Source: Fimicolochytrium jonesii (taxonomy: Eukaryota). From it: a stretch of 64,000 nt of DNA. Below the pieces are notes generated by a model that did no database searches, was not told the DNA's origin, and saw nothing but the letters and a program-made list of their open reading frames with translations. The position numbers and the translations under genes were made by a program. The DNA is taken from the NCBI RefSeq assembly GCF_025526975.1, contig NW_026515686.1:310001-374000 (forward strand), written 5' to 3'. This document shows positions 23,790 to 35,975 of the stretch, in pieces (position 1 is the first letter of the stretch; the number at the start of each line of letters is the position of its first letter).

Positions 23790-26162
23790 ATGGCTACAGA
23801 TGGGAGTGACTATGAACGGGCGCCATCTCAAACCCTCCCCAGCTGGAAGTTCCATGCCGTCGAATACCCCGGATATGTGAAGAACTTTGACAACGTGCTC
23901 AAGACGCTCGGCGGGTCCGAAGCAATAGAAAAGGTGGGCGGATGCGTGCTATAGCAGAGCCAATTATTGTCCGGTGGAGATTCGTCCCGGAAAAGGTGGG
24001 TTCAGCCACCTACAGAGTGGCACCGGGAAGATGATCTTCAAGTGCTTACAATATTCGCTCCGCGCTTGCAGGCTTTCGCCAACGACCTTAACGTGGTGGA
24101 GCTTCGGTACCGGCCAGAAGATCCATTCTCACATCCCATAAACGGAGAAATTATTCAAACGTCAAATATCTTGCTGGGAGTCACAATCCGACGGAAACGC
24201 AAAAGGACGGGAAGTGCTGCTGGAGCGCAGGAGCCGGTGGATCCGTCCCAAATTACGACGAGATTTATGGGGACTATTACAAAGACGTGTCGCTTCCGAG
24301 GTGAGGGAGAAAATGGGATGTAACGGGCACATCAGAGGTCTAATTTTGTTTTGGCTCAGCCATCGCTGATTATCAATGGACACCTGATCCGCACGACCCG
24401 CTTGTCAAGCTGAGACGGGATATGCAAGTTCTGGACAGTAAGAGCTAGTTTTACGGCTAGCGATTGGAGAAGCGCGCGCCTGACATGGTTCCCTGTAGTC
24501 GAGGGAATCGAGAAATTCGTCCCAGCGAGGGATAGAGGGCCACAGGAAAACTTGAGGAATATGCCTCCGCCCGCGTTCTCACGGATAGAATGGCCGTTTG
24601 ACTATGGGTACGTTGGATCATCAACTCGCAAACATTCGTCGTGGTGCGCATATAGTCTTAACGTCGAATGTGTAGATACCGACAGAACATCGCGGTGGTG
24701 AAGGTTCTGGTTCGCAAGGAAGGCCAGGCGAGCAACGCGCAACTCCGCATGTCATATCCTGAGACATTTAGCTAACCCTGTTGCCCACTCAGTCCCCTCA
24801 AATGAAACTCCTAAACCGTTACGAAAGCGTCAAATTCACCGCTGTCTTCGCGGATGCTAGCAAACGTATAGTTCCCACCAAACCACCAAAAACCGCATCG
24901 CTGGCTGGGATCCCCGCCGAAGCGCTCACCCTCATGCAGCAACTCTTCGAGCAGCGACCTTGCTGGACGCGGCTTGCTATCACCAACAACCTCCCGGCTA
25001 GATATCGCCCTCTGATCAAGAAACTCCTACCCCTTTATGCTTACTCATACATGGCAGGGCCCTGGAGAGATACGTGGCTGAGATATGGATACGACCCGTG
25101 GAATGATAAAGAAGCGAGATTCAGTCAAATCATTGACTTGCGGTTCATGAAGCCGACAAAAGCTGCTTCGAGTTTGAGAGCCAAACGATTGATTGGTGTG
25201 ATGGAACCGAGCCATTTAGTGGTGAAGCGTACGTTGGGGCCAACTGCCCAGGACCTGGCGGCCGATCGGGCTGAGGACGATCCGTAAGTAGTTTGGCTCA
25301 CTTACCTGAAGAAGCAATGTGAACAAATGCACTAGATGACTGTGGACTTCGCCATGTAGTCCCGCACCCGATACACATATCTTCGACGGCATACGCACCC
25401 GTGACACGGGAACCTTCACCCTAAACGATATCACGGATCCGGACATCATACCTCTCATAAACACGACCCGACGCCTTCGAAGCAGATGCCACGTAAGTCA
25501 AACTACCCTACTTGTCTTCTCCCACTCTACCCACACCGTCTCAACCTCATCCCAAACCACGACATGCAGGACCGCGACGGCTGGTTCCGCAAAGGCCACA
25601 TCGACCTAATCCGCGACCTCATGAAACGAAAGATGAAAGTCGCACTCGGCAAGATCCCGTCGTTCGAGTTCCATTGGGACGATAACGAAGGGGACAGCGA
25701 GCCTGATATCCCGTCCGACGACGAACGTACCACACCGAACGTGATGGAAGTCGAGATGATGGCTGATGCGGGTGCGGGGTTGAGTGAGGAGACGCAGGAT
25801 AAGGTTAAGAGCAAGGTATGGGTGAGGTGTCAGGGCAATAGAGATGGAGATGTGTATTGACTCAATGGCCATATCCAAACAGGTGGGCGAGCTCATGAAA
25901 TCGCTGCAAGCGGCACAGATGGGCGAGAATGGTGTGTCCCTGCGTGCCTCACAAACCGTCCTGGATGAGACACTAATATGATTTTCTCAAGCAGTGGAAG
26001 AGGATCAGGATGAAACTGACCAACATGAAGATGATGCCGATTTTGATTACTATGATGTGAGATACGGTTTCGTGCTAGCTCGAGGACGCCGTGGAAGACT
26101 GATCCATTGTTGTCTTTTACCTTCAGGCTTTTGGTGATGATGATGAGGATGAAGACATATAA
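23790..26162 (+). CDS. TFC1: RNA polymerase III transcription factor TFIIIC subunit Tau95 (Tfc1/GTF3C5)
   Basis: VEYPGYVKN..VLKTLGG, LRYRPEDPFSHPI, TCRFR.IADYQ, PPPAFSRIEWP, LFEQRPCWTR, GPWRDTWLRYGYDP and an acidic tail. Many introns. Confidence 0.9.
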
Positions 26163-28583
26163 TGATTTGCCTTGGAAGGGCCGTTTCATCCACCATTCTT
26201 CACCTCGTCAGGTTTTCGGCGGAATGATGCCCTCGGCTGATGTCCCTTTCCAGTGTCCAAATATATATAGTGTAGCACTTTCATTGAGTAGATTCCGTAG
26301 GATAGCTCGGATATCAAATGTCGCATCTGCATTTTGATACCGCTTCGTGGAGAAAAGATGCAACATTGGAAGTGGGACCTTCCACTTCAGTTAGTGTTTC
26401 CGTTCATGTCCTTCCTCGGAGACGGATGTCTTCTAAGCTCTCACGCTTGAGCCTTCACACAAAGAACTTCATTATCCCTTCATCTCAGCGACGAAGTAGA
26501 CTTGGCTCTGCTTTCGTTTCAGCCTCCTGCTTCTTTGCCTTTGGGGTCCTGTTTTGGGGTTTGCCAGGAGGTCTGGTATTGACTGGTATCGAACACCAGC
26601 ATAAGTCAAGTCCTGACGAGTTCGCACCGTTGAAGCGGAGAGAAGCTCACCATATCAGCCTTCATGAGTCTTTGGAACGCATTGCTACCTACTATGAGAA
26701 CGATTTCTATGAGTTGAAGCCCACCTCACGGCAATATGCACCTTCGCAGTGCCCAGAGTGCTCTCGCAGGAAGGGGATTGGGACTACCATAATAGAACCT
26801 TACGCAGCTGCCTAGCACCAACGCGAACGTCAGGCCTTTATAGACGATAAAACCAGATGCCATAGACTGCAAATGAAGCCCTCCCGGGCGAGTGTCGCTG
26901 TGACGAGTGTTCTATGGCTGCAAAGCAGACAGAGCTCTAGCGCTCGTCGCATGGTGTCCCGTACGGGGGAAACGCGCAGGGCTCATATGACCAGCGGCCG
27001 CGACGCGTGCCGCATCTGACTGACAGTGACTCTTCTTCACCTGCCTCTGTGCCCTTCCCTTCTGTTCTTACTGCCTCCACCATTTCAAAGACCATTTCAC
27101 AGACAATTTCCCTGGACTTGGTATGGACATCATCTATCTACCAACAACCCAGTCAGGGAGTGAGGGGGGGAGGGGGGGAGGGGGAAGGAGAAGGAAGAGA
27201 AAACCAAAAAATGAAAAGAAAGGTCTTGGTAACGTGCGGGTATATGATAGCTAGCTTCCGAGGAAGTGGGTGCGCTAGAGGCCGGCGAACTGTCGCGGTC
27301 ATTGTCGTTCCCTTGCCGGGGTGTATGTTGCCCTAGCGCGTTTGCATTTCAGAGTCCCGTGGTGAGGAAAGCGTCTACGGGGTCAATTCGGGACGCTCCT
27401 GAGGTGGGGGAAACGGAAGCGAGTCGTGGGTCGGGGCAGGTGTACGCATGGGCCAGTGATTTTGGTAGGCAAGGAGGGCTAGGGATCTGTGGAGGGCACC
27501 CTTGAGGACCCAGTCCACGGTGTGCGGTGTAACGTCAGAGGAAACTTGGACGATAATGGGCCCTTCCGAGAGGGCTGAAAATGATGTAGAGCAGAGCGTC
27601 GAGAGCTCTCGCCGGACAGATGCGTATGTCTGTTCTAGGTGCCAGGACCAGGTGTTGATGCGAGTCTGTTATGGTCTTGGGCTTTGGGATCTGTATCCAG
27701 TAACCGGTTCCGCCATCCACATCCAGTTTGGTGACGTCGCTTCATGATCCCATCGCGCTTCGCGTATCACGAAAGATCTCTCGTAGGCGAGCAAGGCCCC
27801 AAAACGCAGATAGTGTGAGGGTGCGGAGGACTAGGAGGTCATGTGGCAGGGGAGGTAGGTTGGGCCAGCGTCGTCATCATTTGCGAGAGGCGGGCCTTGA
27901 CGAGTTCATACATGTAGAGGTAACCGAAGTGGTGTCCAGTGGCATTGTGGGCGTCCTTAAGAGCAGAAAAGTACTGTACCTTCCAAGAGATTGTATTTAA
28001 AGTGTCCGTGCAGCACACGGTCGAGCTGATAGTTGAGCTAATCGGAGGGGTTAGGGGAAATGGGGAAGATGCTGCCGTTGTCGTTACGCGAGTTACGACT
28101 AGCAGCAAACATGAAGTACGCCTGCGCGACAACACCGTATGTGTCGTTGCGAGGTGGGGGTCTGAAGGTGGTGCTATTCATGGAGGGGTGTGTTGGTGTG
28201 TTGGCAATCGAGGAACCCGACGGCTGGCGTTTCAGCAGGGATGGTCCACGAGAGGAACGCAGGGAGCTGCGGACGAACGAAGGGTTGGCAGTAGCGAAGG
28301 CGGCATCTGACCCGCAGGTGAGGGAATTGCAGTGAGGCGATTGGTGCGGGACGTGGTTGAATCGGAGATCGAATTGGAACATGATCGTGATGGTACGCAC
28401 GTGTCAGATGGAGTTGTCTACGACCGGCTTGAGATGCAAGCTGCGTTGCCCCTAAGCCAGGCGATGCCCACTGACTTCCAGACAACGCGCAATGCCCACT
28501 GGGTACCGACTGAATCTAGTAAGGATAACGGCATTGCAGGGGCTTTGCAGCCATAGCAATCGCCCCGCCTATGGCGGCTACAT

Positions 28584-28628
28584 GTATCGAGGCAACCCAG
28601 TCCATCGAGGCAACCCAGTGTATCGAGG
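28584..28628. repeat. 18-bp tandem repeat, about 2.5 copies, upstream of the ADIP gene
   Basis: gtatcgaggcaacccagt / ccatcgaggcaacccagt / gtatcgagg. Confidence 0.75.
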
Positions 28629-28781
28629 TCTGCGGGAATGCGGTCACATTTCGGACACTTTCGGACAAGCCAACGCGTTCGTGTTTCCGAGTCCTATTCT
28701 CCTGCACCCGCCAGGAGGCTATTGCCGTTCGTCTCGCCACGGCGTCATCTCGTCGGCGACACAACAGAAGCAAGCTCTAAG

Positions 28782-31549
28782 ATGCCGCCAACGGACAGCG
28801 ACTATTCTCTGGATGACCAGCATGGGTGGCAGGGTGCCAATGACAAGGATCCGTAAGTTGGAAAAGTGGTGGGAGGTCCTATCCCAAGATGACTACGGAA
28901 TGCACACTGAAAAAGCCTCCCCCTACAGCAACCAAGATGATCCCTCGCCCGAACCTCAGCCCCCGAACCCCCTCCAACGCACAATCGATTACGTCAACCA
29001 TGAGCTCTCCTCCGCCGGGTTTCCTCTCACACTCAGCTTCACCCATCTAACCTCCGACCCAACCGAAGCCTCCTCCATCCTCAACTGCATCTGCACGCTC
29101 CTCCAACAACGCCAAAAGGACGTCGCGTACCGCGAGGACCTGCAGCATCGGTTGCGAAGGGCAATAGCGGATAATGATGATTTGAACGCTTTGGTAGCGC
29201 GGTTGAGGGCGCAGGGGGAGGCGTTGAGGAGGGAGGTGAAGGAGTTGGCGAATGGGGTGGAGAAGACTAGGGAGGCGGCGAAGAGGGAGAGTGAGAAGCA
29301 TGCGACTACGAGGGAGGAATTGAAGACTACGAAGGGAAACTTTCAGTATGCTAAGACGCAGTACAATGTATGTGGGAGTGGGCTTTGCGTGTGCGTAAAG
29401 TGTGGGCTTCATCCGCAAATGCTGATTGATGTCTTCCGATTTCCAGCACGACCTCCGCAAAAAAGAACGCGAATTCCAAAGACTCAAAGAACGGCTCCAA
29501 CGCACCGTCACCGAAAAGTCCAAAGTCAGCATCACGCTTTTGAACCCGCTCTCCAAACCCACCCCCTCCTCGTCCCCATCATCTGGGCAAATCAACAACT
29601 TAAAAGACGCAGCCAAACGGCAGGACGAGCTCATGTATGACGTCGTTATGCGAAACTACGAGGACCGCGAGCAGGAGCTGTTGAAGGAGAACCAGAGCTT
29701 GAGGGATACGTTGTATGAGACGTATACGGGGTTGAAGGATCGGTTTGGCGAGGCGGAGGATGTGCCGGAGGCGGTTGTTGGGGGTCCGAGGAGGGAGAAG
29801 GTTCACGATGAGGTAGGTTCGATGAGATGGCCTGCGTACGTCGGTGTCACGGGAGCTAAAGCCTATGCGACCCTTTTGTAGGAAGAGGCCATGGCCCGCG
29901 CCCACTTCCAGCTCCCGTTCAGCGTTGTACAAAACTCCGTGCAGCAGCGGATCCAGATGGCTATTTTGGACTTTAAGGACGAGTGGATGAGGATGGCGGA
30001 GGTTATGGACCACAAGATGGAAGGGAGTGATGAGATGAAGAGGAAGTTGGAGGCTTTGGAGAAGAATATCGGTGAGGAAATAAATGGTTTCGCACTGGAG
30101 CATGGCGAGGGTTTTGATGGTGTTGTGCTTACATTGGAAATCGTTGTGCAGAGGAATACAGAGCCGTTATTGAGGAGCAAGGGCGCTTACTGGAAATTTC
30201 GATGAATGGACAGTTCAATAAGGGTGACGACGCTGGTGGCGCTGGGTAGGCTTTTCATTCCGGGATTCATTGGTGAGAAACGCCGATGATAACTCAAATC
30301 TTCCTTTCCCGAACGCAAAGCTACGACACATCAATGGTAGATCTACAAGAACAGCGCAACGAAATCGAGGAGGCGCGCAAGCAGTTGGATGCGGAGAGAA
30401 AGCGGTTCACGGACGCTGCCATCAAGTTGGGCATGGAACGGGCTGCTTTGCAGGTGGGGCCCTCGGAAAGAGAGAGTTTATTGATTGCGATCATGATATG
30501 CTGACCTGCCCCTTCCGCAGCGTGAGAAGGTTGCCGTGCAGGAGGAACGCCGCGCTATTGAGACACGGGCTTTATTGCAGACATTGCCAGATACGCCAGG
30601 GTATGTTTGCGATGGTTCGTTGAAAAATTGTTTATAGCGTGTTCGACTAATTCTGCTACGCTTCGATGTCTACAGGCCAGACGACCGTACCCGCTCTTCC
30701 TCTCTCCAACCTATGAACACGCCCTCCACCCTCGACAACCTTTCTTCCATGAATTCAAAGTACTACACCCACTCCCCAGCAGACACCGGCACGCCATTCG
30801 GCCGCACCTACAGCACGGTAAACCCCGCACGGGACGCGCCGTCCGACATCTCCTCCGACGCCCTCATCGAGTCCGACACGTTCGCGCAGACTCCCCGTGT
30901 CCCCAACCAAATGCGCGCATGGAGACGGCATCAAACGGGAGGCGTGGACGATATCGTTGATACACCGGTCCAGGATCGCTATGGGTATTCGCCGTTGGGC
31001 CATTCGAGTAAGGATAATGGAGGAAACCAGCCGTCGACGACGAGGACTACGCCCCAGCAGCAGTCGCTGATTCGCTCGGCGTTGAAGAAGCAGGCTGGAA
31101 CGTATGCTGGCGGTCGTGGTGGTAATGCGAATGGGATATCCTCGGCACATTCGACACCGTCCTCTAACGCCCGAACGGTGCGCATTACCGTGGATGAAGA
31201 CGAAGGGCGAAGTTTCCGACCTGGTGAAGGGAAGGATGACGCGTACAATGATGCGAAGGAGAATGCATCACCGACATCAGGCCCGCACCGTTCCATGCCG
31301 ATGGGGTCGGATACACCCGGGAGGAAAGGGTTCATTGCAACGTCCACGCCAAATGGTGATGGGAGTTACGGCGCTGCCGCCAAATCGCCCATTACACCCG
31401 TGATGGGCAGAAGCGGCAAGCCGATGTCGCCGGATTCGGCGAGGCGCAATATTGCAAGTCCGGCGGAGACGCTGAGACGGTTGCGGCGGATGTTGGCTAC
31501 ACCGCCTGCGGGCGCGAACTCGAGGCCGCTTTCTTCTGTCGTCGAATGA
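28782..31549 (+). CDS. Afadin/alpha-actinin-binding (ADIP/SSX2IP/Msd1-like) coiled-coil centrosome/SPB protein
   Basis: IDYVNHELSSAGFP...LNCICTLLQQRQKD...QY.HDLRKKEREFQRLKERL...YEDREQELLKENQSLR...RKRFTDAAIKLG. Multi-exon. Confidence 0.82.
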
Positions 31550-31596
31550 GGCGCACATACGGATGTGTTAAGGACACCCTGGACACTCCGCCATAC

Positions 31597-32131
31597 TCAA
31601 GTCCTCTCGAATATGACTTGTGCTATTGCGTAGTCTCCATCATGGGACATTGTAACATGAGACGATGATACATTGGCTTTTAAAGCAACTGATGGGTTTA
31701 ATATCAGGCTGGGCGCTCCTGTTCGATTGCATATATGAATACCAAAGCGTAATAGTCGACTGAAAGCAGAAACAAACTGGATGCACACCACCTCCTTCCG
31801 ATTTGATAATGTCCACATCGGACCACTTCAGATACGCCGTTGGAAACATCGCTTTGAAAGCCGCCTCTTTCGCTGCCCACCGTGCCCCGATGTACGCCAC
31901 AAGCCGCCTTTCTGCTGTTTCCAGGTTCTCCCACCTGCGGGTGTTGCATAAGGGTATGTCTATACTCACAGCCCGCTCGTGAGACGAGAGAAGGAGTTCG
32001 GACGAAGCTAGCCCTTCTTGTTCCCGCTTGGTGAAGATTCGATGGGCGAGGCGGGCTGGTGATTGGCGAGTTAGGAGCGCATGCATGCGTGGTAGGTGGA
32101 TGATGTCGATGCCGACGCCGAGGATGGGCAT
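31597..32131 (-). CDS. AcpS-type 4'-phosphopantetheinyl transferase (Ppt2-like, mitochondrial ACP activator)
   Basis: MPILGVGIDI...ARWAAKEAAFKA...G.P...TMSHDGDYAIAQV. One intron. Confidence 0.9.
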
Positions 32132-32597
32132 TTTTCGGAAGAACCGCAAGTTTGAGAATGCGAGGCGCTTTCTCCGGATTGATTCCCCAGCCCCGATGCT
32201 ACACAAATATCGTCCCCGTCTGACCCGAGCTCTCCTAGTTGTGGTATCGCTGTGCTGGAAGGCTCAACTCTGCACCGAAATAAACGAAATTAACGAAAGG
32301 TGGCTATTGCAACACATGGCCGTTTTCCTCAATAAGGAAGAAGGCCAAAACGAGCAAAACGCGTCTATCGCTGAAGGGAAGCACGGCTTGTCTTTCGTCC
32401 TTTCGTCGTTCCCACGCTCGCTGACTGATCAGACACTACGTATTAGAACACCCTCACGCAGACTTCCACACTCGCTTGCAGGCCAACCATCCGCAGGTGC
32501 GGTCATCTTCTGCTACTTTCCCTTGAACGCTTCCTCAAATTATTATCCGTACTAGTCCAACAGCTTTCCCAACCTTCCTGTGACATAACCGCGAAAG

Positions 32598-33537
32598 ATG
32601 GCGGACCGATATTCGTTTTCCCTGACGACCTTCTCGCCGTCCGGCAAGCTTGTGCAAATTGAGCATGCCCTCGCTGTCGTTGCCCAGGGAGTAACAAGTG
32701 TTGGCATCAAAGGTAAGAACTCCTCATCCTTCCCCAGATGCCTTCTGAACACCGCACTAACCTTTCGCTCCCACAGCCCAAAACGGGATCGTGATTGCGA
32801 CTGAGAAGAAGACACCCTCCATCCTTGTCGATGAAGCCACCACCGAGAAAGTGACTTTCATATGTCCCAACATTGGCATGGTGTATTCTGGAATGGGACC
32901 GGACGCCCGTGTGCTGGTGGATAAGGCTCGTAAGAGCGCTCAGGAATACAAACGCGTCTACCACGAGGAACCTCCCACAGCCATTCTGGTGAAGGAGATT
33001 GCGAGTGTCATGCAGGAGTTCACACAGAGCGGGTTAGTAGTCAGGTATCAGGCCACAGTCTGATATGGCTGGACGCTGATCATTTTCTGGCTTGCTTTCA
33101 GAGGTGTTCGACCATTCGGTGTCTCGCTGTTGATTGCAGGATTTGATGAGACGGGTCCTTCCTTGTACCAAGTTGACCCATCTGGCTCGTACTGGGCATG
33201 GAAGGCGAGCGCAATAGGGAAGAACATGGTCAACGCGAAAACTTTCCTGGAGAAGAGGTACGATCAATGAAAGTCTTATGCATAGCGTCATCAGGAATCA
33301 TGGATTCATTTCTTCTCGTCCAGATATAACGAGAGCATGGAGATTGAAGACGCAGTGCACACCGCGATTCTGACCCTGAAGGAAGGATTCGAAGGGCAAA
33401 TGACCGAGTCGACTATAGAAATCGGTGTTGCTCAGATTGTGGAGGAGGTATCGCACGAGGGAGTCAGGTCAAAAGTCGGCCGTTTCAAAAAGCTTGAGGC
33501 GACGGAGATCAAAGACTACCTAGCAAACATTGCCTGA
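32598..33537 (+). CDS. PRE8: 20S proteasome subunit alpha-2
   Basis: [25 protein letters not shown]...[12 protein letters not shown]...[14 protein letters not shown]. Three introns. Confidence 0.96.
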
Positions 33538-34536
33538 TAGTTGGAATTGCTTGTACAATAGGAGTGCGCCGCGAACATGATGAATATACCTATTTTGACT
33601 TCAGCGTTTCGGCGATGAGTGTGAAGGATATTGTGTCACGTATGCTCACAGAGGAGCAGGCCAACGGCGGGCATGGAAAAAGGTTTCAGTGGATAGAGAG
33701 CCTTTGGGCATCCGACTGAGTGCTCCATACTTGAGCTGGTTTTCTTCGATCTGGCGTCTGGCAAGTCATCCCCTTTTGACAACTATCGCGCTGTCAAAGC
33801 CGGAAATTGGCGTTGTCAGTAAGCAAGGAAAGACCTTTCGCCGTACTTTCGGGCCGCTAGTCAAGTGCCGTCCTGAACAAACTGTGCCGGTAATGCCCAT
33901 CTATTCTCAAGCTTCGTTTCTTTTCCTCGGTCTCCTTCGCCAAACCCATATCGTCACCTTCCTTTACCTTGAACGCTCGACGCCTAGCTTAAGCGTTCAG
34001 CTTAAGCTTAAGCGTCAAATCTAAACAGCAAAACAACAGTCGGTTGACCTTTCACTTCTTCCCTTCCACGCCCTTTACGTGAAAGAAGGTTGAAGGCCGC
34101 TCCAACCCGTCCAAAAAACAACTCCCAACAGGAAAGCCGAAATGTGCTGCATCTTCACAAAATTGTGAGAACGACCACCACTCTTCATGCAACGTTTTAC
34201 ACACATACACACGCACAACATCAACTGCGGGTGCGGGAGTTGCTCCGAATGAGCGACTGGGTGGGTTAGCTGATGGTGGGAGATAGAGACCACCATACCA
34301 TCAGCAAAGACCGCCGTTGAAGGAATTCCAAGACGCTTCACAACACCTATGAACGGCTTGGTCCTCATTCACTGGGAAAATGTGGACACCACCTCAACAG
34401 CGTCCGGGAGGGTAGAGTGATATTATCCTCGCCCCATAAAAGGCAGCGGCGCAACATGTAGGTGACAGGACGTCTCGAAAACTAGCATTATTCCCTTAGC
34501 ACAGCATCAAACCACTAATCCCACAACATTCATCAA

Positions 34537-35582
34537 ATGGACCCACTCTTCTGCTACCTCACCGTCACCACAACCCAAAACCAAGCCGTCTCCACGTACC
34601 AAATCCCGCTCTCCCGCGCCAAACAGCTCTCGACGCAATGCGGTTTCTTCAAAGCGCTGTACGACCAGCACCGGCCCAACTTCAACCCGGGCGCCGGGCA
34701 GCCGGTGCCCACCATGCAGACCGCGCTGCCGTCGCCGAACACGTTCGATGTGCTGCTGCATTGGCTGTATCATCGGGATATGGTTGCGGTGCATAAGGCG
34801 CTGGCGGCAGGGTTGGGGCAGGGGCAGGGTGGTGGGGCGGCGTTTGAGGCGTTTTTTGGGGTGGTGAGGAATGCGGCGCATTTGGGGATTTATGACAGTG
34901 CTGAGGATATCTTCTGGTGAGTTCGTCGCTATAATCATGTACTTGGAAACCGGGAAAGAATGTTTTGCCAATCGATCTTGAATATACCAGGGATGTGATG
35001 GCAGCCTGGGCCGCCGACAAATGGCTCAAAGGACTCCGCGACTGCCCCAAGTGGACCTGGACAATCATCCCCATCGTCCTCGCCGCGCGCGCCGCTATCG
35101 CCGTAGGCGGCGGGGGCGTGGGCGGCGACATGATGGCCAAATGGGCTAGCGGCGACCAAAAGGTGGCCGACCGCGGGCTGGAGGAGGTCAAGAAGGTTTT
35201 AGCTCTTTATCGTAGTGGTGGGTCCGGTGGTGCTGCTTCTGGTGGCGGACAGACAGCCCGCCCCCCCGCTCAGAACGGCGGTCGACCCCCGCAACAACAG
35301 CAACAGCAGCAAAGTTACGACGACGACGACGACGTGACCGTTTTTGGAGACGAAGACGACGGCGAGGATCTGGGCGGGTTTATGGTGTACGAGCCTGCGC
35401 CGGAGCTGATGGGTCCCTTGGCGGATGATCGCCGCAAGAAGAGGAAGAAGAGGCGTGGACTGCTTACGAAGTTCAAGGATTTGATGGTTAAGGAGGAGCA
35501 GGTCTTACTTGCTACGGTAGTTGTTGTGAGGGATAGTAAAGGGAGAGTGGTGGATGAGAAGGTTATTCGGCACAAGAAGTAA
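34537..35582 (+). CDS. Hypothetical protein with a degenerate BTB/POZ-like N-terminus
   Basis: CGFFKALY...LPSPNTFDVLLHWLY pattern. Intron about 34917-34990. CATAAAAG about 100 bp upstream. Confidence 0.6.
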
Positions 35583-35975
35583 AGCGTTTGAGCTTGCACG
35601 CCGCCTGGATAGCAGTCGGGTAGCACGCTTTCTCTTGTTGGACAAACAAAACATGACATTCGATAGAATACACATCTTGCTCATATTTCATTTGAAATGC
35701 GGAGATACAAAAGCTTATAAAGAGACTTCAAAGCGACTCGAAAGGCCATACGCAATTTAATCAGACGTGAAGGGGAAAGGGGCACTAAGACAAAATCTAC
35801 CACACGCAACAGACGCCGCAACGATGAGGGTGAAACGAAATACCGTGCATCGCACAGTAATAGGAACCCAACTACCAAGAAAGAACGCTGGTGGGCACAA
35901 AAAGTGCCTCCAAAACACGATGGATGACTTGAGAGGTCCCCTCTTGAACCTCCAGCACCTGGAAGTAATAGGTCT

